Of a DNA stretch of 64,000 nucleotides, positions 47,551 to 61,625 are shown piece after piece. The stretch comes from Octopus sinensis (taxonomy: Eukaryota), in NCBI RefSeq assembly GCF_006345805.1, contig NC_043024.1, positions 12,586,001 to 12,650,000 on the forward strand, in the 5' to 3' direction. Within the stretch, counting starts at the first letter, position 1. The number at the start of each line of letters is the position of its first letter. Made by a program: the position numbers and the translations under genes. The notes beneath the pieces were generated by a model. The model had not been told where the DNA came from. It saw only the letters and a list, made by a program, of their open reading frames with translations, and searched no databases.

Positions 47551-48904
47551 GAAGGAAAGGATATCAAAGTGGAATATCTACAACAAAGCACACGACTTCA
47601 GTGCTTCACTCTGGGATTGAACCCATGCGAACATGAAACGAATTTCGTAATCATATCTCCTATGCCTGCCATCTCCCAAGTAATTTTTGTGAGAAGTGAG
47701 TTGAATATAAAAATATGCGATGGTCACGGCTGAGACGCCTTTGATCACAGGTCTGCTCCATCAAGTTTGATGTGAAATAAACAACGACAACAACAATAAC
47801 AACAGCAACTGCAACAACAACAGCAAGAAAAACCACAAGGGATAAAAGGACCCAACCACTGCCAGCCGCCATATTAACTTTCAAATAAAGAAAGAAAAAA
47901 ACTTAAATTTTAATCATGGAAATAAATAAAAATTTATTAAAAAATGTTTAATGAATATTATGGTTAGAACAACATCGCACATAAAATGGAAAACAGAAAT
48001 AAAATGAAAATGAGTTGTAAAATAATTAAAGCTAATTTTTCAATATGGAAAATAATAAAAATAATAAATATTTTTATTAATAATAATAATGGCTTTCGGC
48101 GCAGGGGGAAAAAAAAAGATAAATTTTATGGGAGGGAACAGTCGATTTAATCGAGCCCAGTACTTGACTGGTACTTTATTTTATCGACCCTGGACGGATG
48201 AAAAAGAATATTGATTTTGGCAAGATTTGAAATGTGAAAGTAAAGAGTTGTCGGATTAATAAATTTTTTCAATAATTCAAATATTAATGTTCTTGATCTT
48301 GTTGCTAAGGTGCAGGTGAACATTGATTAAGCAATTTTACAAGTGTATCTCGGAATACATAATCCAGTGCATTTTTCTTTCATTAAAACGATTGGTTTTT
48401 CAGAGATATTTCCCTGCCATTACCAGTTCGTATCGAGACTGAGATTTCTAACATTTAAGCGGTTCATTATTTAGCTTGATTTCTTAATTATATTTCTCTC
48501 CAAACATTTGATTGGTTAGGGTTACACATCACATTTATAGGTTTTGGCCACTTGTTCTTTTGTGACCATTCTTTGGTCATGCTGGAGCACTGCTGTTGCT
48601 TTCAGATTCACTGAATCGTTGTTTTCCATAGTTTCTTCTTTCCCGAATTGCCATTATTGAGTTAACTAATTAATTTGTATTAAAGAGTCAACTTGTCACC
48701 CAGGTAAACACATCAATCAGGCACCTGGGTTTCCTTTATTGGAATCCATTCTGTTGGAAGCACTCAGAGCAGGTCTCAGATTTGGGGGAACCTCCCTCTT
48801 TACCTTTCACCAGTCTCAGAGACCTCATAATCAGTTAAGAGCACTGCGTTCCATTCTAACCAAAAGATCAAAAGTTATTATCGTTATTCTTAATAGAATT
48901 AAAA

Positions 48905-49090
48905 CTTAGCAAAATCGTCAAAATAGCGGGATTTCTTTCAGTTTTACGTTCTGAGTTCAAATTCCGTTGAGGTAAGTTTGCTTTTCATCATTTCAGGGTC
49001 GACAAAATTAGTACCTTTGTGGGTACTGGAGTCCATGTAATCGACTTTCTCTCCCTTAAAATTGCTGGCCTTGTGCCAAAATTTGAAACA
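48905..49090 (+). mobile_element. SINE family C, diverged
   Basis: TTACGTTCTGAGTTCAAATTCCG...AAAATTGCTGGCCTTGTGCCAAAATTTGAAAC. Confidence 0.8.
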
Positions 49091-49668
49091 ATTATTAATC
49101 ACGGAATTTTATTTTCTTAACGTTTGAAGACATCGTCCACTGTTTATTGTATTTTTATATCTAACAAAACTGTAATTTGCTTATAAAATTATATCAAGCG
49201 CTTTGGTTTAAGTTAATTAGATAATTATGTCAGACATTGTGTCTTATAACCAAAAATTAAAATATCTCAAAACAGCAAGACATAAAAAGGAAAAGACAAT
49301 AAGAAACATGCACAAGAAAGTCATCAAAGCTGACGGATTTCTGGACAACTTACGTTTGGGACATTGATGTCGTTTAATTCGGACATATGGCTAACGCTAG
49401 ATGGACAGTTGAGTACGAAATGCCTTTTCTGGCCATTAAATCATGATTGCACTGCTATGCAATCAGATCATGTATTTTCCAAACCAACAAATATCATATG
49501 TTGCCTTTAAAATACATACATTTTACGATATTTATTAAGCCCGTTTCTAAGCCCTTATGGTTACCAGTCTCACTCCTTATTCTATCTCTACCTTACTGCT
49601 TATAAGTATGCACACATGCACACACATACACGTATGAATATGTGTATGTATATAATATATACATAAAA

Positions 49669-49869
49669 AAGGCGGCGAGCTGGCAGAAACGTTAGCGCGT
49701 CTGTCGTAACGTTCTGAGTTCAAATTCCGCCGAGGTCGATTTTGCCTTTCATCCTTTCAGGGTCGATAAATAAAGTACCAGTTTCGAACTGGGGTCGATG
49801 TAATCGACTTGATCCCTTTGTCTATCCTTGTTTGTCCCCTCTATGTTTAGCCCCTTGTGGGCAGTAAAG

Positions 49870-49873
<4 letters not shown>
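49669..49873 (+). mobile_element. SINE family C with a short deletion in the head
   Basis: Matches 58239-58471 but lacks CCGGGCGAAATG...ATTT. Confidence 0.9.
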
Positions 49874-49917
<44 letters not shown>

Positions 49918-50332
49918 TATATATTATAGGTGTATGTATGTATGCATGCATGTATTTGTATGTCTATATACACAATGCAAATGATAAACTAAGATATATA
50001 TTCAAATATGGATCTTCAGAGAAAGCATCATAAATATCGACTGATATCAAAAAGAGTCCCATGAGAAACACACTATATTATACATAAAACTGTATATATA
50101 TATACAGGTATGTATTTGTGTGTGTTCGTGTCAGTATGATTATATGTGGGTGTATACAGTATATAAAACACACATAACGTTTACAAATTATCATGTGGGT
50201 GTATATATATGAATATGCACACATACATAAATACATTTGCACATAAGTACGCATGTATACCCATGTATATATAAGATACATATCTGTATATGTTCGTGTG
50301 TGTGTTTCTTACTCTATGTTTACAAAAAAAAA

Positions 50333-50364
<32 letters not shown>

Positions 50365-50765
50365 GTATGTATGGGGTGTTGCGTTTATGAGAGAGTATAT
50401 TAATGTTTGTCTAAACTGACCTTTCGAGTTTGAGACCCATGGGTCAGGTTAAAGTCTCCAGTTCGGTGCAACGTCCTTAATTTTGTTGACTCTCTTAATT
50501 AATTGAATATTTGTCAGATACAAATTCTGTTACTGTTGAAATGGCGCTGAATAGACACAGATATGAATCGGTGTGTTATATATGGACATAAATATATATA
50601 AAATTATATATATATATATATATGCATGAATCTATCTATCTGTCTATCTATAAAACACTATTTGTGCATAACATTCTGCGTCGAATTATGCTTGCCTGCA
50701 AAAAGATAATTTTGCGGCTAATGTTGCTTTAATCATTATATATATATATATATATATACACAAAT

Positions 50766-50838
50766 AAGGCGAGCCAGCAGAAACGTTACACGCCGGGCGA
50801 AATGCTTGACTGTATTTCGTCTGTCTTTACGTTCTGTG
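50766..50838 (+). mobile_element. SINE family C head ending in (TA)n
   Basis: GGCGAGCCAGCAGAAACGTTA...TTACGTTCTG. Confidence 0.8.
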
Positions 50839-50897
<59 letters not shown>

Positions 50898-50906
50898 CAC
50901 AGTTTT

Positions 50907-51310
50907 ATTCTTTTATTTATTTCAGCCATTTGACTGCGGCCATACTGGAGCATCGCATTTAGTCGAACACATCGACCCCAGGACTTATTCTTTCTAAGAC
51001 TAGTGCTTACTCTATCAGTCAATTTGCCGAACCGCTAAGCTACGGGGACAAACACACCAACATCGGTTGTCAAGCGATGGTGAGGGGGCAAATACATACA
51101 CAGAAACACGCAGACACACACACACACAGACACACACACATACATATATATTTATGACGTGCTTCTTTCAGTTTCCGTCTACCAAATTCACTCACAGGGC
51201 TTTGGTTGGCCCGAGTCTATAGTAGAAGACACTTCCCCAAGGTGCCACGCAGTGGGACTTGAACCTGGAACCATGTGGTTAATAAGCAAGCTACTTACCA
51301 TACAGCCACA
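50907..51310 (-). mobile_element. SINE family A, near full length
   Basis: Reverse complement of 54000-54403. Confidence 0.9.
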
Positions 51311-51829
51311 TATATATATGCACACATACATATGTAAATATATGTACATATATACACACACATAAATATATATGTGCATGGATATATATATATATATATA
51401 TATATATAGTATATATATATATATATGCAATTAATATATGTATGCAAACATAGATAATTGTATATATATATTAATTCATATAAATATTTACATTTATTCA
51501 CCCGGCTATATTTACATTTATTCATCTTTCTGTATACACACGTTTATATTTTTTATCATTTGTAAACACGGAGCTGAAAGGAGACAGAAGAAAAAAGAAG
51601 ACCGCAGTCAAAGCTGTTCGTGGTTTTGGCAAAAGCTAACCGAATCTCGTTCAAGGAGATCATACACATTGCACACGAATGAAAACGGAATCTCATACAT
51701 GAATACACGTGTATAAACGACACACACACACACACACACACACACATGTTTTCACAAGTTTATGCAAGGCAGCGTGTTTATTCCGCACATCTTTAGAAAG
51801 AATACATATCTTTCTCTTGCTCTCTTTCT

Positions 51830-51882
<53 letters not shown>

Positions 51883-52255
51883 ATATTTGCATACCTACAT
51901 ATATGTTTATCTATATACATATATAAATGCATACACACAGGCATACACAGACATACACACACATATTTATTTGTATATGGGTTTCGTATATTTATATATA
52001 TATATTATATATATATATATATATATAAAGATTAATATTTATAAAAATACACACATTCATATATACATACAGATATATACATAATCACACACACACACAC
52101 ATATATATATTTTTTCCTTTCAAGCATACATATACACAAACATCTTTACGTACATATAACCACAGGAAACCAATTTATAGAGCTGAAGACATCAGAACAT
52201 TGGGAGAAAAATGAATCGCAGAATTGCGATCACAGAGCGAATTTCCAATTACATT

Positions 52256-52302
<47 letters not shown>

Positions 52303-52480
52303 ACAGACACATGCACGTATGTACACGTACGCATACACACGTACATATATGTAGCATCGTTATTATCATCCTCAAAACATTTTAAAGAAATCTTCAGATA
52401 TTTTTTTTTCTTTTAGCTATCTACCGGATGAAGAAGAATCAATAATGTTGATAACACAAATAATTATATTAATAATAATA

Positions 52481-52515
<35 letters not shown>

Positions 52516-53389
52516 TGGAATATGAATTAATGCAAGCTGGGATATTATTTATAAGAGAAGTAAAGGAAAAAAAAGAAATAGATTCAAAGTGATATTTCTA
52601 AGACTTATAAGAATAGGAAAAAGATTTCTTATAGAAATTCTGAAGATGTAAATATTTCTAACAATATATCGTAAATAAATCTTTAAATGTATAAAATGTT
52701 TAAACAAATATATTAAAAAAAAACAGAACCTTTTAATAAAGCGCTGAAAACCCACCAACCAATCAATGTCTTGATTTTGTCGTTATGCTAAACACGAGGT
52801 GTAAATATAAAAAATGTTGGAATAACAACAACAACAATAATAATAATAATAATGATAATCTCTCGTTGGAATTTTGACACAGGGCCAGGAATTTTGGTGG
52901 GAAGGGTTAGCTGATTATATTGACCTGACAGAAGTAATTTTTTCGAGGAATCTAACGACTGATAATTCTCCTTCACATTTTGGCACAATGCCAGCAATTT
53001 TAGGGAGGTCACAGAGAGATTACATTCACTGAAATGTTCAGTTGCTACTTTTATCGACCCCCGTAATAATGAATGGCAAAGTCGACCTTGGCGGAAGTTA
53101 CCATTATAAGTAATTGGAATAGTGCCTTAGGGATAGTTGAAATGAAATTGAATGGCTGGTTGAAGATGTTGGAAACCAAGAGGAATCTTGTAATTCAGCA
53201 GGAAACAAACATGCTTTCTGCAGAATCAAGAAAGAATCGGAATAAAGGTGGTACATGGCTAAGTTTTGCGTGATCTCTGATAGTCAAATAATCACAGAAG
53301 AACAAAGAAATTCTAACTGAAAGAAATAATGATGATGAAGATTATGATGATGATAAGAGGAAAAATAGATAGTTCTTTCTACTGTAGGG

Positions 53390-53586
53390 ACATGACTGAA
53401 AATATTTTTGTGAGGTAAGTCGATGGCTTAGACCCCAGTTTTTAACTGGTACTCATTTCATCGACATCGAACGGATGAAAAGCAAAGTCAACATTGGCGA
53501 AATTTGAACTCGGAACGTAAGGATGGACGAAACGCCGATAAGAATTTTGCCCAGCGTGCGAACGACTCCATCAGCGCTCCGCCTTC
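53390..53586 (-). mobile_element. SINE family C, diverged
   Basis: GGATGAAAAGCAAAGTCAAC...TTTGAACTCGGAACGTAA. Confidence 0.75.
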
Positions 53587-53935
53587 AACCATAAAAATAA
53601 AAAAAGGGGTCATCGCAAGCATAAAGCAGGAAATGGTGTAGAAAGGGATTGGACCAAAGACGGGAAACAGGAGAGAGAAACACAAAAGGGCAAACTTATA
53701 TGGCCAGGAAGGGTCCAAATGTTTGAGACGAAATACGGAGCCAGGCAGTTGTAGTAAATGTGCTACTGAGGGCAAGGAATTTCTGCTGCACGTGCTCTCC
53801 GCTCAACGGACACCTGTTGAGTGGAAGTCCATCTGCGAAAGACACGGTCGTTACTCTTAATCCACCTTTCAACAAATTTATCTTCCTCCTACCACTCCTC
53901 CATCTCCGAAGGGAACTTGAAGACGTTTATGAAGG

Positions 53936-53982
<47 letters not shown>

Positions 53983-53999
53983 ATATTATATATATATAT

Positions 54000-54174
54000 A
54001 TAGGCGCAGGAGTGGCTGTGTGGTAAGTAGCTTGCTAACCAACCACACTGGTTCCGGGTTCAGTCCCACTGCGTGGCATCTTGGGCAAGTGTCTTCTACT
54101 ATAGACCCGGGCCGACCAATGCCTTGTGAGTGGATTTGGTAGACGGAAACTGAAAGAAGCCTGTCGTATATATG

Positions 54175-54205
<31 letters not shown>

Positions 54206-54403
54206 ATGTCTGTGTTTGTCTCCCTAGCATTGCTTGACAACCGATGCTGGTGTGTTTACCTCCCCGTCACTTAGCGGTTCGGCAAAAGTGACCGATAGAA
54301 TAAGTACTGGGCTTACAAAGAATAAGTCCCGGGGTCGATTTGTCGACTAAAGGCGGTGCTCCAGCATGGCCGCAGTCAAATGACTGAAACAAGTAAAAGA
54401 AAA
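54000..54403 (+). mobile_element. SINE family A, full-length reference copy
   Basis: A-box TGGCTGTGTGG (54013-54023), B-box GGTTCAGTCCC (54057-54067), CORE-like CTTGGGCAAGTGTC, internal microsatellite, tail GACTGAAACAAGTAAAAG. Confidence 0.95.
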
Positions 54404-54653
54404 ATATATATATATGTATATATTCTTTTATTCGTTTCAGCCATACACCTGGGCCATGCTGGAGCACCATCATGGTTTTGCTGACTTTCTCAGTCTGTGG
54501 TGTTTCACATCACCACTCCTGAATGTGCCTTTGTCGCAGCTGTTGGTCCATTTGGCTGATAAGGAAGTTTGATTCCGTTGCCCTCGTCTGTACCTCTTGA
54601 CGTAGTAGATAGGCCAGTGTGTGTTAGTGGAAAGAAGGGAGAGAAAGAAAGAG

Positions 54654-54654
<1 letters not shown>

Positions 54655-54737
<83 letters not shown>
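54655..54737. repeat. (GA)n microsatellite
   Basis: Direct observation. Confidence 0.95.
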
Positions 54738-55366
54738 CTGCATTACAACTGGGCAGATATTAATTTCAGTTGAGAGAATTTGAATAACGTGAATTGAACG
54801 GCGTCGCCGGTTCACGAATAAAAACCATGTCATTAAGATCACAAATCCCAACACACTACATATGCATGCGTGTGAATGTGCCTGTGTGCGTAAATGTGCC
54901 TGTGTGTGTGAATGTGGATGTGCGTGTGATCAAAATAAAATGTGACAACACTGAAAAACGATCAACTTAAAATGGTCTTTTAGACACGGAACGTACCACA
55001 CCAGCCATAGGAGAAACAGCGTCGTAGGAGAAGCTACTATTCTAGATGCATCAGTAATGATAAAGCACCACTGAGCCAGTGGTCGCTAAAGGACTTGTTT
55101 ACCAACAAGTATTGTCATTTTACTCATGCAGAAAATAAGAGTTGTTCCCTGGGACTCTGAAGCGCGTCGAAACCGTGCTGGTTCAAGTCCGTCACGGCTG
55201 ATGTGAGGTGTTCTATATTTTATTGTCGCTTCCTGGTAGACGTTTTCTTTTATCTTTCTTTTGACTATAGTTTCATATATTATTACTTATACAAATATTC
55301 ATAGATATTTATAAATGTATATGTGTATATGATGTATATACGTACGTATACACACACTTAAATAAA

Positions 55367-55487
55367 GTTAATCCAAACAAGAAAGCACAAAAAAACACAA
55401 CAATGCAAGGGCGTGGAACAAATATAGTATTATTGGACGCTCAGGAAAGAAGGAAAGAAGGAGGGTTTAACGTTTCGAGCGGAGCTC
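55367..55487 (-). mobile_element. Family X element 5'-truncated inside its hammerhead
   Basis: Matches 62537-62650, then runs directly into (TA)n at the base of stem II. Confidence 0.8.
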
Positions 55488-56218
55488 TATATATACTTAT
55501 ATATATATATATATACATACATGCATATATATATATATATGATGTATATACGTACACACACACATACACACACACACATATATATATACATATATATATA
55601 TATACATATGTACCTACATACATATATACATATATATATACATACATATATACATATGTACGTACATATATATGTAGATACATATATATATGTACATACA
55701 TACATATATATATATATGCATATGTACATGCGTACATACATATGTACATACATGCATATATATATACATATATATATACATATACACACACACATATATA
55801 TACATGCATATATATATATATATATGATGTATATAAGTACACAACCATTTATATATATACACATATACATACAATATACATACATACATATATATACATA
55901 CATACACATACATACATATATATACATATATATATACATACATATATACACATACATATATATATATACATATATATATACATGCATACATATATATATA
56001 CATGCATACATATATATATACATGCATACATATATATATACATGCATACATATATATATATATACATGCATACATATATGTATATACACATACATATATA
56101 TATGCATGTATGTATGTATATGTATGTTGTATATACATACACATATATATACGCACATATATACATATATATATATACATACATATACACACACACACAC
56201 ACACGCACATATATATAC
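55488..56218. repeat. (TA)/(CA)/(CATG) compound array
   Basis: Direct observation; source of the 282-aa and 327-aa artefact ORFs. Confidence 0.95.
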
Positions 56219-56805
56219 TTCTGCTTGTATATCTTTCACAGTTTTAGCTAATTCTCTCCAATTACCTAGCGAACTCTCTCCCTGCCCCTCCCCTTCACTC
56301 TCTCCACCTCAATCTGATATCTTCACTCTCTTTCCTTCCTCTCCTTCATTAATGTTACTCTCCTCCTCTCCTTCTCCTAGAAGCAACATCTCATCAAAAT
56401 TACTCTCCACATCAAACTTGTTTCTTTGTGTGTTTTTTTTCACGTTTGTTTTTTATTATTTAATTATTATTCTATTTGATTTCAGTTTTTATTGTGTTAA
56501 TTAAATTTAATTATTTAGAATTATTCATGACAAAAATCAGTTATCGATACCAGAAAAAAAAATGAAAAAATGAGAAAGGAAAGTAAAAAAAAAACAAACA
56601 ACCTAAATAATTCCCTCTCCACCGAAAAATAAGAAAACCAACAAAAATCTCATCAATTCAATATAGAAAATTAAACATTCCTTTTTTTCTTTTTTTAGTA
56701 ATTATTCAATTAATTAATTAATTATATTATATCTCTCTTTTTCATTAAAAGCCTCGTCGTATTTATTTACAGATATGCATAATGATGTGACTTGTTAGTG
56801 TGTGT

Positions 56806-56829
56806 GGGGGGTGGGGAGCGGGGCGGGGG
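56806..56829 (+). promoter_or_regulatory. G-quadruplex-forming motif G6-T-G4-AGC-G4-C-G5 containing a GC box (GGGGCGGGG)
   Basis: Sequence motif only; function untested. Confidence 0.4.
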
Positions 56830-57489
56830 TAATTAAGCTTCGGGCTTGCCGCATCGTTGACGCTATTCAAAAGTTCTTTCACTGTTTTTTTTTTCTTTGC
56901 TGTTGTCTTGTGCAATACCTTGTGCAGTTGCAATCGTTTGTTGTTTAGCCCCAGGAACCTTGTTTAAACAGACCTGTGATCAAATATGATCAAATAGGGT
57001 CTTCGAACCGTCCTCCTCCTACGCTTCCTTTCATCATGTCCGTCCCTTTTCGTCAAAATAATTGAGGGAGGCCATACAGGATAATGTAGTCCTCGTTACG
57101 GTTTTCGATAAAAATGAAGGAAACGTCACAGTTAGAACTGATAAGATCTAATGTTCGCTGAGCCACACAGGACCGAGGGCTAAACAATACGCATATTCAT
57201 GGTTTCCATGACGTCACTGTAACCGTCTCCAATCTCTGATTCACAAAATTTCTGTATCTTCTCTTTGTCTTTTGTATCGCTTCCGTAATCGCCATTAGTG
57301 TTGTGCTATCCCCATTCAAACACCCGTTCTTCCTCCTCTCGTACCTCTATCGAGTCTACGTACTCTAGTTCTCGAACCAATAACCGTCTGTTGTCCTTCT
57401 TCACCAGGATATTACACCTCAGGAATATTTCTTCCCTGCACATATTTTCCTTCGTTGAATTGCAACGCCAACTTTGTCAATTTCTCGGG

Positions 57490-57604
57490 TCAAGGAGGCA
57501 CCGTGAAAGCTATTGTCTCTGAAGGACACAATGCGTCGCCGCGAATCGAACTCACGACCTTACAGTCGTGAGTCGAATACCTAACCATTAAGCCACGCTC
57601 CTTC
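57490..57604 (-). mobile_element. SINE type D head
   Basis: Minus strand GCGTGGCTTAATGGTTAGG...GAGTTCGATTCGC...TGTGTCCTT. Confidence 0.75.
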
Positions 57605-58238
57605 ACCGATCTCTGTGAAAGTGGCTGAGTATTCCACAGACATATGTTATGTTGGATATTTCAATTACAGGTAACAGCTATCCGTTCGTAGTTTCAATCT
57701 TCCTAATTATAATGACGGGGCCATGGTAAGAAGCAGTGTTTAAGTCTCCACACAGTGGGATCGGACCCAGGATGTGATGTATGCGAAGTGACCTTTTTAA
57801 TCATTGGCCTTGCTGCTTCCTTACATACACATGTGCACACACACATGTACACATGTAGCATTGTAAATCATAAACACGGGACTGAAAAGAGAGACGTCAG
57901 TTTCAACTTTACGCTCAAAGCCAACCACCAAAGAGCGATGGTCACTCTGCTCGCAACGGCCGCTAAAATCATTCTCAGTTACTTTAAAAACTGGGTGACA
58001 CGTAAAAACGTTTACTCCTAGATACAAAGTGTCTGAACAAAATACAGAACACATTACATAAGATCGTTCTAGATGCACTGTCAGATAATGTACTCCTCAA
58101 TAAACTGTCTAAATAATAATAATAATGATAATAATATTAATGATAATAATAATAATAATAATAATAATGATAAAAGGGCACGGGGAACTATTCAGGTATG
58201 CTTGTAAGCGAGTGAGGATTATTATTTTGGCTTTACTT

Positions 58239-58546
58239 AAGGCGGCGAGCTGGCAGAAACGTTAGCAGGCCGGGCGAAATGCGTAACCGTATTTCGTCTG
58301 CCGTTACGTTCTGAGTTCGAATTCCACCGAGGTCGACTTTGCTTTTCATCCTTTCGGGGTCGATAAATCAAGTACCAGTTACGCACTGGGGTCGATATAA
58401 TCGACTTAATCCATTTGTCTGTCCTTGTTCGTCCCCTCTGTGTTTAGCCCCTTGAGGATAGTAAAGAAATAGGTATTTCACCTGTCGCTACGTTCTGAGT
58501 TCAAGTTCGGCCGAAGTCAACTTTGCTTTTCATCCTTTCGGGGTCC
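58239..58546 (+). mobile_element. SINE family C full length (58239-58471) plus a partial tandem second copy (58472-58546)
   Basis: tRNA-like head, central TTTCATCCTTTCGGGGTCGATAAA domain (resembles conserved metazoan SINE central domains; family not verified), tail GTAAAGAAATA. Confidence 0.95.
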
Positions 58547-58841
58547 ATTACCTTGATTCCCGATTGCTACTTATGGACAGAAATTTGGCTGCTATTTCTT
58601 GCAAATTGCGTAGTTACCTAGAGGTTCTATCGGTCCTGTTGATTTTGCCGTTTTAGTTGTCAGTCACACTGACGTCGTTAATCGATATTTAATCGATTTT
58701 TGATACTGGCAGAGAGCCACACAGTCTTTGAAGACTGTATCGATTCTATCGATACTGGTACAGCTACAGACACAGGCACATACACTCGTACTATAAAGAT
58801 ACACACAAACAGAGACATCTTTCTATCTATCCATATACATG

Positions 58842-58893
<52 letters not shown>

Positions 58894-59112
58894 TATATAC
58901 ACACACAACGTGTACATACATGCACACATATATGTGAATATGCGTATCTGTGTATATACATACATACATACATACATGCATGCATACATGTAACCAAAAA
59001 CAACCTTCACTTGCAAATGCGTGTATCGGGTTTTTGCTAATTGTTTTAGGGGTCTCTGTAGTCGGGAACAGATGTACAGCTTCCACCTCCGCTCCACACC
59101 TTCGTGTTAACA

Positions 59113-59325
59113 GAACACTGAGGGTTGGGCCGACCAAAGACTTGTGAGTGGAGTTGGGAGACGGAAACCGAAAGAAGCCTGTCGTATATATTTAATATAA
59201 TATATATATATACACATACATATGTGTTTCTCTGTTTTGTTCCACCACCACTAAACAACCGGTGTTGGCGTTTTTACGTCCTCGTAACCTGGCGGTTCGG
59301 CAAAAGATCCCGATATAATAAGCGA
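59113..59325 (+). mobile_element. SINE family A internal portion, diverged
   Basis: GGGCCGACCAAAG...GACGGAAAC.GAAAGAAGCC...GCGGTTCGGCAAAAG. Confidence 0.8.
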
Positions 59326-59519
59326 TGTAATAAGTTTCAGTCTTGAAGAAATATTAAGCAAGGCCGCAATCTAATGACCGGAACACGTAAAAGTCAAAAG
59401 CTAAAAGATGTAACGAACAGTATTCATTGAACTGGTACCGAAAGAATGTTATAATCGTCAGAATAAAATTATTAACTGCGTTTAGCTTGCTTTGGTATAG
59501 ATTGGTTAAATGGAGGATA

Positions 59520-60032
59520 TCTATATATATAAAACTGTAGTTGTGTGTGTGTCTGTCCCCTTCGATTTAGATTCCTAACTACTCCCACATTTTGCGGTGC
59601 AGTTTAACCAAATTCGGGTATCTTATAGTCGTGATTCATATCGAGCCCGTCTAAGTATTAGCGCGCGTCTACGATGAGTCTACGATTTTAAAAATAATTT
59701 AACATAATTTTTTATTCCATTTTAATGCATAATTTTTCGTGTGTCGATGGCGGCGGAGTTGGCGTCCATGGTCACACCTGCACCTGTTTGCTTCTCCCCC
59801 TTCTTCCCTCCCTCGTGAAGCTGTGGGGAAGGGAGTGTAAGGAAATCAACGTCGTAAAGCGTTGTCAAGGAGACCAGCGTTCTTTTAGAACAACGACTTC
59901 ATGGCTTGAAGACACCAAAACAGAAATGGCTAAGAAAGCCCGAATTGGCATCTATAAGGGAAGTAACTCTCTAAAAATGCTTATATAGTTATTTCCCTTA
60001 CAAACCCGAGCAACGCCGGTCGATACTGCTAG
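59520..60032 (+). mobile_element. Non-autonomous Helitron, complete termini (513 bp)
   Basis: Starts TCTATATATATAAAAC after A59519; ends with subterminal hairpin CCCGAGCAACGCCGG and CTAG followed by T60033 (A|T target, no TSD). Confidence 0.9.
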
Positions 60033-61369
60033 TTAAATATATGAGAGAGTTGACGTAGAGCTCAACAGCATTGGTCAGTTGCGTTAAGGCTGGTCACTGG
60101 TAAAAACTGGGAGTCTGCTCCGTGAAGATGAAACGGTGTTAGTTCAGTTGGGGCCGGGATTAAACAACGATTTCTTTAGTCGGGACTGAACCTGCGCTTA
60201 ACTGTAACATCATGGTCAGTTAAAGGATGGGGGTCAGGTGCAAATACCACCACCAACATTTTTGTGATACACGATCCCTTTTGATCATTTCATTTCTTTT
60301 TTCTCCGATCCCTTTTGATCGGAATTTTACTTTTTTCTCATTTTTCCCCTTTTTTTCATTATCGAAAAGAAAAGCTCTACATTTGTATATGTCCCCCCCC
60401 CTGTGTTCAGCCCTGTGTGGCCAATAAAGAAAGTTATCATTATCGTCGTCGTTGTCTTCCTCCTCCTCCTCGTCCTCATTATAATCATCATCATCGTTTC
60501 ATCATCATAAACGTCAACATCGTAACTCCACCCCCCCCATTATTATTATCGTGGTCGTCGTCTTAATTATCATCATCATCATCATGACCATCATCCTTAT
60601 CATTATCGCCATATTACAATCATCAAAACCAACGATAACGACTACGGAATCAACTGACTCTCGCCACAAATGTCCCCTTGCCTACGGAAGCCATCTTAAA
60701 TATGTCACACATTCAGACGTACAAAGAAAGAATATAAAAATCAAAAATGTCTACTTGATTGGATGACATTAACAATTACGCTCAAAACTACGGGGGAAGA
60801 GTGTAAAAACGCACGCATAAGATTGGGGATGATTAGAAAATGGAAACAGCTATGAGCAAAGGTGGGAAGTGGCATAACTAGCACAAACTAATTATACAGG
60901 AGGAAAGAACTAAATAGGAAAGAAATAATAATAACAAAAATATATCAATAGGAAAAAGCTGAAATGTAATATGCACACATATTGTTAGGTGCATGTAATT
61001 GCAAGCGTGTATATCGAGTGAGAAAACGCCCATTTAAGTGTAAATGTATCAAGACATGACTGCATGAAACCAAAGAAAGAAATAGAAATAAAATGAAGGA
61101 ACAAAGTTTAGACTGGAATAGAAACGCTTTGAGAATGAATCACACAGAATATATAAAGATGAAATATACGAAACGGGGTATGGCTTGGATATGAGGTATG
61201 ACATATGCAAACAGCTGTATGTGTATACGTGTGATTGAGTGTGATGGAGTGTGTGTGCATGTGTGTGTGTATAGAAGGCGACAAAGATAAGCAGATATAG
61301 GTTTCAAATTTGGGCTCAAGACCGTGAATTTAGGGATCACATCAACCACAATATCAAACTGTTACTTAA

Positions 61370-61470
61370 TTTATGACAGCTAAAAGACCAAGTCGACCTG
61401 CGCGGAATTTAAACTCATGATGTGAAGACGCACGAAATGCCGCTAAGCATTTCGTCCGGTCAGCTAAAGG
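61370..61470 (-). mobile_element. SINE family C fragment
   Basis: AAGTCGACC...GGAATTTAAACTC...GAAATGCCGCTAAGCATTTCG. Confidence 0.75.
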
Positions 61471-61519
61471 TTCTCGATGCCTTAGATAAGAGCATATGCA
61501 AATGCATATATATATATAT

Positions 61520-61625
61520 GGGGAAGTTTACGAAAATAAACAAAAGACGAAGGCAGGTGGTGTACAAACAAACAAATGTATTAGTATAGCGCTCAGGAAT
61601 AGAAAAAGTCTTTTACGTTTCGAGC

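Noticed and set aside
51542-51600. Strong minus-strand acceptor (25-nt pyrimidine tract)
   Set aside because: No convincing donor or sustained open frame downstream.
54000-54075. tRNA-like sequences with A/B boxes here and at 21254, 25775, 33581, 35888, 58239
   Set aside because: They continue directly into SINE bodies and do not form complete cloverleaves; they are SINE heads, not tRNA genes.
55150-55185. CTGAAGCGCGTCGAAACCGTG hammerhead-like string
   Set aside because: Lacks G8-A9, stem II and stem I.
57300-57470. About 57-codon minus-strand open frame (…KKDNRRLLVRELEYVDSIEVREEEERVFEWG*)
   Set aside because: Bounded by stops, no supporting splice sites and no recognisable family.
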